Source: Selaginella moellendorffii
Lineage: Eukaryota; Plantae; Lycopodiophyta
DNA length: 64,000 nucleotides
NCBI RefSeq assembly: GCF_000143415.4
Contig: NW_003314348.1
Span: 1 to 64,000, forward strand
Direction: 5' to 3'
The notes under the pieces are model-generated. The model made no database searches. It was not told where the DNA came from and saw only the letters and a list, made by a program, of their open reading frames with translations. Position 1 is the stretch's first letter; every line of letters begins with the position of its first letter. This document shows, piece by piece, positions 59,601-64,000 of the stretch. The position numbers and the translations under genes are program-made.

Positions 59601-61899
59601 TTAACGGAGGGCCTTAGCATGAACGCGGACTGGTCAGCTAGAGTTGCAGGCTTTACATATCTTCGGAAGCTTCTACAGCAAGGACCAAAGGGGCTACATG
59701 ACGTGAATCAGAACTTTGAGAAGGTCATGAAACTGTTTTACGAGCATCTCGACGATCCGCACCACAAAGTTGCACAGGCAGCCTTGTCAACACTGGCCGA
59801 AGTCGTACCTCCTTGCAGAAAGCCTTTTGAGGCTTACTTGGAGAGAATCCTTCCTCGAGTTTTCGCGAGACTTATAGACGGTAAAGAAGCTATCCGCCAG
59901 CTTGGTACGTCAGCTTTGGAGATCATCGGCAACATATATTCGATCGACTCGCTACTTCCGGCCTTGTTAAGGTCACTGGACGAGCAGCGTTCTCCCAAGG
60001 CAAAGATGGCTGTCATTGAGTTTGCGATTGCCGCTTTTGCGAAGCTGGCTCTCAACGGTGAGGCTCCTGGAGGCAGTGGTATGCTCAAACTCTGGCTTGG
60101 AAAACTAGCTCCTCTTGCGAACGATAAGAACCCCAAGCTAAAAGAGACGGCTGTTACTGGCATTATCTCCGTTTATTCACACTTCGACTCCGCGACGGTC
60201 TTAAATTTCATCTTGGGACTGTCGGTTGAAGACCAAAGTATTTTACGACGAGCCTTGAAGCAGTACACTCCGAGAATCGAAGTCGATCTTATGACATACC
60301 TGCAAAACAGAAGCCAAAGAGCAAGGTCCAAGACGGCAACCAACCATGACGAGCTTCCAACGCCTTCGGAAGATAACTCTGCCGGCATGCAAGTGAAAAA
60401 CTCAAAGGTTCAGCCAGTGAACAACGAAGGTAATGGTTTGAAGCGGAATTCCATGCACTCGGACAGGCTGGGTGACTTCGAGCCAGGCAAGCTTTTCCAC
60501 TCGGACTACGACATGTATGTCAGTACTGAAGATCCAATAGGCCATGCTCGGGAGGTGCACCATGTGGACACAACGAGTCTGGACAAGTCTGTTCGAGACA
60601 GCGACGCAAGGAGTATTCCGCTTAATCCGATGGGATTTGTGGACTCTCGGATGGTTCCTTCTTCGACAGTTGATCAGGATGTCTACAAAACTCATACCAC
60701 CGGGTATGAGTATTTGTACGAAGAATTGCACCGTAAGCCGCACAGGGGGACACATCCGGATACTGGCCCAGGCAGACTGCTGCAAAAGGTAAAGTAAACA
60801 TTACACAGTGACGTGACTGATTTCTCTCCTGCATTGACAGCTCTTAAACTGGATGGAAGTACCCGTTCATGAAAAACGCGAAGCCTTTCAGGAGCTTTTG
60901 CAGTTGCTGCGGTCAAACGACTTTACTCTTTGGTCGCAGGTTTTATACACCTCTGTTTTTCAGCTTCGGTGCTAAACTTCTTGTCCTTGTGTGCAGTATC
61001 CGAACCAGATATTGTCAATGATACTGGAGGCTTTCGATGACCCCGACTCACAATTGAGGGAGATTTCGCTAACAGCGATATCCGAGATTGTCACTATTCA
61101 GGTGCGGCAGATCCTGTCTATGCTTTGTACGTGACATCTTGTTTACCTGATTTGTTTTCCAGAAAGCGCTGATAGAGAACAGCATCGAAATCATCCTAGA
61201 GAAACTTATACATGCCACGAAAGATCTTTCAGTAAAGGTAAGGTCATGGCCATGTTCATGCCAGCGCCAGCTTGACTGTAAAACTTACAGGTTTCTACCA
61301 TCGCTGACCGTTCTTTGAGCGCCGTGCTATCCCAATGTAATCCTCAACGGTGTCTTGGTGTAAGTGTTCTCATCTATTGTTTCAAAACTCTTGAATGACT
61401 TTCTAGCAGGTTGTGATGCCTCTTTTGGTTAGTGACGATGATAAGACTCTTGTCACTTGCATTAGCTGCCTGACAAAGGTAAAGCCGGAATATGTATGTA
61501 CGATTAACAGACACTGTCCATGCAGCTTGTCACTCGACTTCCTCAAGAGGAGCTCATGGCACAACTCCCGTCTTTCTTGCCAGCATTGTTTGATGCTTTT
61601 GGCAATCAAAACGCCGATGTTCGAAAGGTGATTTCATTTATTTTGTGTCATTCGTTTCTAACAAGAGTGTGGAAACTTGCAGACCGTCGTCTTCTGCTTA
61701 GTTGATATTTACATCGTACTTGGGAAAGCCTTTGTTCCGTACCTCGGAAGCCTCAGTAGCACCCAGCTACGACTTGTAACAATTTACGCGAACCGCATAT
61801 CACAGGTGAGATTTTACTTGGTGCATTGCTTCTCGAGCTTTTCGTGTTCTTGCCCGTGCATTCCAGGCCAGAACTGGCGCAACTTTGGACACACAATAA
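56619..61899 (+). CDS. CLASP: CLIP-associated protein (microtubule TOG/HEAT repeats), multi-exon
   Basis: AKDTKERMAGVERL; LLKDNNFKVCQGALQAL; HLDDPHHKVAQAALSTL; QLRLVTIYANRISQ|ARTG. Confidence 0.96.
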
Positions 61900-62157
61900 C
61901 GACTGGCAAACCCAGTCAATCAGTCATCATGTACAGTAACGTGTAACAACACTGACCAAGCCTTCAATTTTTGCAATGAACGGACGTCTTCACGCTTGTT
62001 TTTGGAAGTTCCTCTTGCAGATCTATTCTAAACCATTGCTCAAAGAGAATAAGCTACAAAACTATTCTTCATGCTGATACGAATTCTTGATCACAGTGGT
62101 GCGGTCTGATTGATGATATACCAGAACAGTAAGTAACTCTTGATTTACTTTTAGAGC

Positions 62158-63499
62158 TCACCTTTGCATCTCCGACTCGCTCTTGCGCATGTCAATGACG
62201 AACCGATACTTGACATCCGACTTTGCCAGCCGCTCCATGGCCTCGTTGACGCTGCCCATCGTGATCTGCTCAACGATGGCCGTCACGTTGTGCTCCCCGC
62301 AGAAATCCATCATCTCCTGCGTCTCTTTGATGCCCCCGATCAGGCTCCCAGCGATCATCCGACGTCCTGGGACATAAACCACACAAGATGAGGCACAAGA
62401 GGATTGAAACTCATGTGTTACCAGCAAGGAGAGTTATGGGTGCTATCTGCAAAGGAGCGTCCGGTGCTCCAACCAAGACCATCTTGCCATTTACTTTGAG
62501 AAGCGCCAGCAGGGGCTCCAACGCGTGCTTCGCCGAGACGGTGTCAATGATATAGTCGATCGACATCGCGGCAGCCTGTGCACATATATAGAAGGAAATC
62601 TTGCAAGAAACTAAGGTGATTCTTACCGCCATTTGTTCTTTGTCCGTGCTAACCAGGAAATCGTCCACTCCAAGCAGCTCCCTGGCTTCCCTCTCCTTCT
62701 TTGGCGACGTGCTAATCACCGTGACTTTCATGCCAAAGGCCTTGCCGAACTTGACAGCCATATGCCCCAGGCCTCCCAGTCCCACCACTCCAAAGCTCCG
62801 CCCAGCCTCCGCCATTCCAAAGTGTTTCATGGGGCTATACACCGTGATCCCGGCACACAGCAGTGGAGCTGCGGTGTCCAGCGGCAACTTTGCCGGGACC
62901 TTGATCACAAAGCTGGGAAGTTCCATCAAGGAAAAGGTTGGCATACTGTTCATAGATGGAAGAAAAGCCAAACACTAACCTCTCGTCCACGACGATGGCG
63001 GTCGAGAAGCCTCCCATGGTGTGGCTTCCATCCGGTAAGTGAGAATTGTAAGTCCACACAAGCTTTGGGCAGTAGTTCTCCAGGCCTTCGTTGCAAGAGT
63101 GGCAGTCATGGCAAGAGCTAACGAGGCAGCCCACGGCCACACGGTCCCCGAGTGTAAAGCGGCTCACCGAGGAGCCCAGCTGTTCCACCACGCCAGTAAT
63201 CTCGTGCCTGGAATAATAGAATCGCAAGAAGATATAGTAGCTTACCCAGGAACAACGGGAAAAATCGTTATCCCCCATCCGTTCCTGATCTGGTGTAAGT
63301 CCGAGTGGCAGATTCCGCAGTAGAGGATCTTAATCACCACGTCCGTGGCACTGGGATTCCTGCGGAACTCTTGCAATTCATCGAATCGAGGGAGGGAAAG
63401 CTCCAAGGATTACCTCCGGGCGAGCTTGAAAGGGGCAAGAACACCCGCCGCATCCCTTGCCGCCATCGCCATCGCCTCAAATCCAGCGCTCTTGCCCAT
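62158..63499 (-). CDS. CAD: Cinnamyl alcohol / mannitol dehydrogenase family (Zn-ADH), multi-exon
   Basis: YCGICHSD; GHEITG; C..C..C..GLENYCP; [14 protein letters not shown]; GLGGLG; DVKYRFVID. Confidence 0.93.
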
Positions 63500-63641
63500 A
63501 TCTTCCCGATCGATCGAAGCGAGCACTCTCAGGGACGTAAAAGGACGTCCGGGGAACTCAACCACTACTTTTTGAAGGAATCTAATTGTGATAAAGTATA
63601 TTTTTGATATGATGGTTATGATATCAATAATTATGAGTGCT

Positions 63642-63793
63642 TGGAATATGGAAAGGGAATACAAAACATATGCATATCAATTAACCCAAAAACTTTAAAT
63701 TATATACAAGAGTGAGTGGTTTGGATTGAAATCAATTTGACAGCTATCAAAATTCCATTATACTAATATTAGCTATACATTTGGCCCTCACAT
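63642..63793 (+). repeat. AT-rich dispersed repeat, copy 2 (upstream of CAD)
   Basis: Similar to 21881-22036. Confidence 0.75.
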
Positions 63794-64000
63794 CATCCCC
63801 TCCTCTCAGAACATGCAGATATGTAAATGGTATTAATTGCTCTTAATCATTTTCTATAAAGCATTTCAACTGTTACACATGCACAATCTTTGGAGGATCG
63901 GCCTGCTATACGTTATGCCAAACCTCATAAACTTGTGGTTCGACTTGCCATAACACTCAATATGGTCCTTTCCACTGCACAAGGAGCTCTTTATATAAAC

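Overview
Eukaryotic plant nuclear DNA, most likely a lycophyte such as Selaginella (inferred from ~45-70 nt GT-AG introns, very short intergenic gaps, an intronless PLS-type PPR gene and a HIP-class aquaporin). Bases 1-21.4 kb are a nest of LTR retrotransposons. Element A is a minus-strand chromodomain Ty3/gypsy element with a disabled gag-pol. Element B is a young non-coding LTR element inserted in A's integrase with a GTCTG target-site duplication. Element C is older and degenerate, with copia-like RT/RNase H traces, and a truncated A-type LTR follows it. Three N-gaps lie in this region. Bases 22.4-63.5 kb are a gene-dense block of about 18 genes: PPR-E, eIF3f, JASON-like, RPL12, TBL, DUF863, OZ/VAR3-type RanBP2 zinc finger, HAD hydrolase, HIP aquaporin, TOUGH, CCHC/GRF zinc finger, CIB-like EF-hand, phytoglobin, a small unknown protein, an NPH3/RPT2-like protein, POL5/MYBBP1A, CLASP and a CAD-like dehydrogenase. 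The most interesting observations are (1) a covarying multi-hairpin/four-way-junction RNA module shared by elements A and B, (2) an animal-type CIB calcium-binding protein in a land plant, (3) a phytoglobin with an apparent plastid transit peptide, and (4) an OZ/VAR3 organellar zinc-finger protein with a ~480-aa acidic/RGG block tail. All homology calls are from manual reading and memory of the families; no searches were run. Exon boundaries are approximate, and CDS coordinates span introns.
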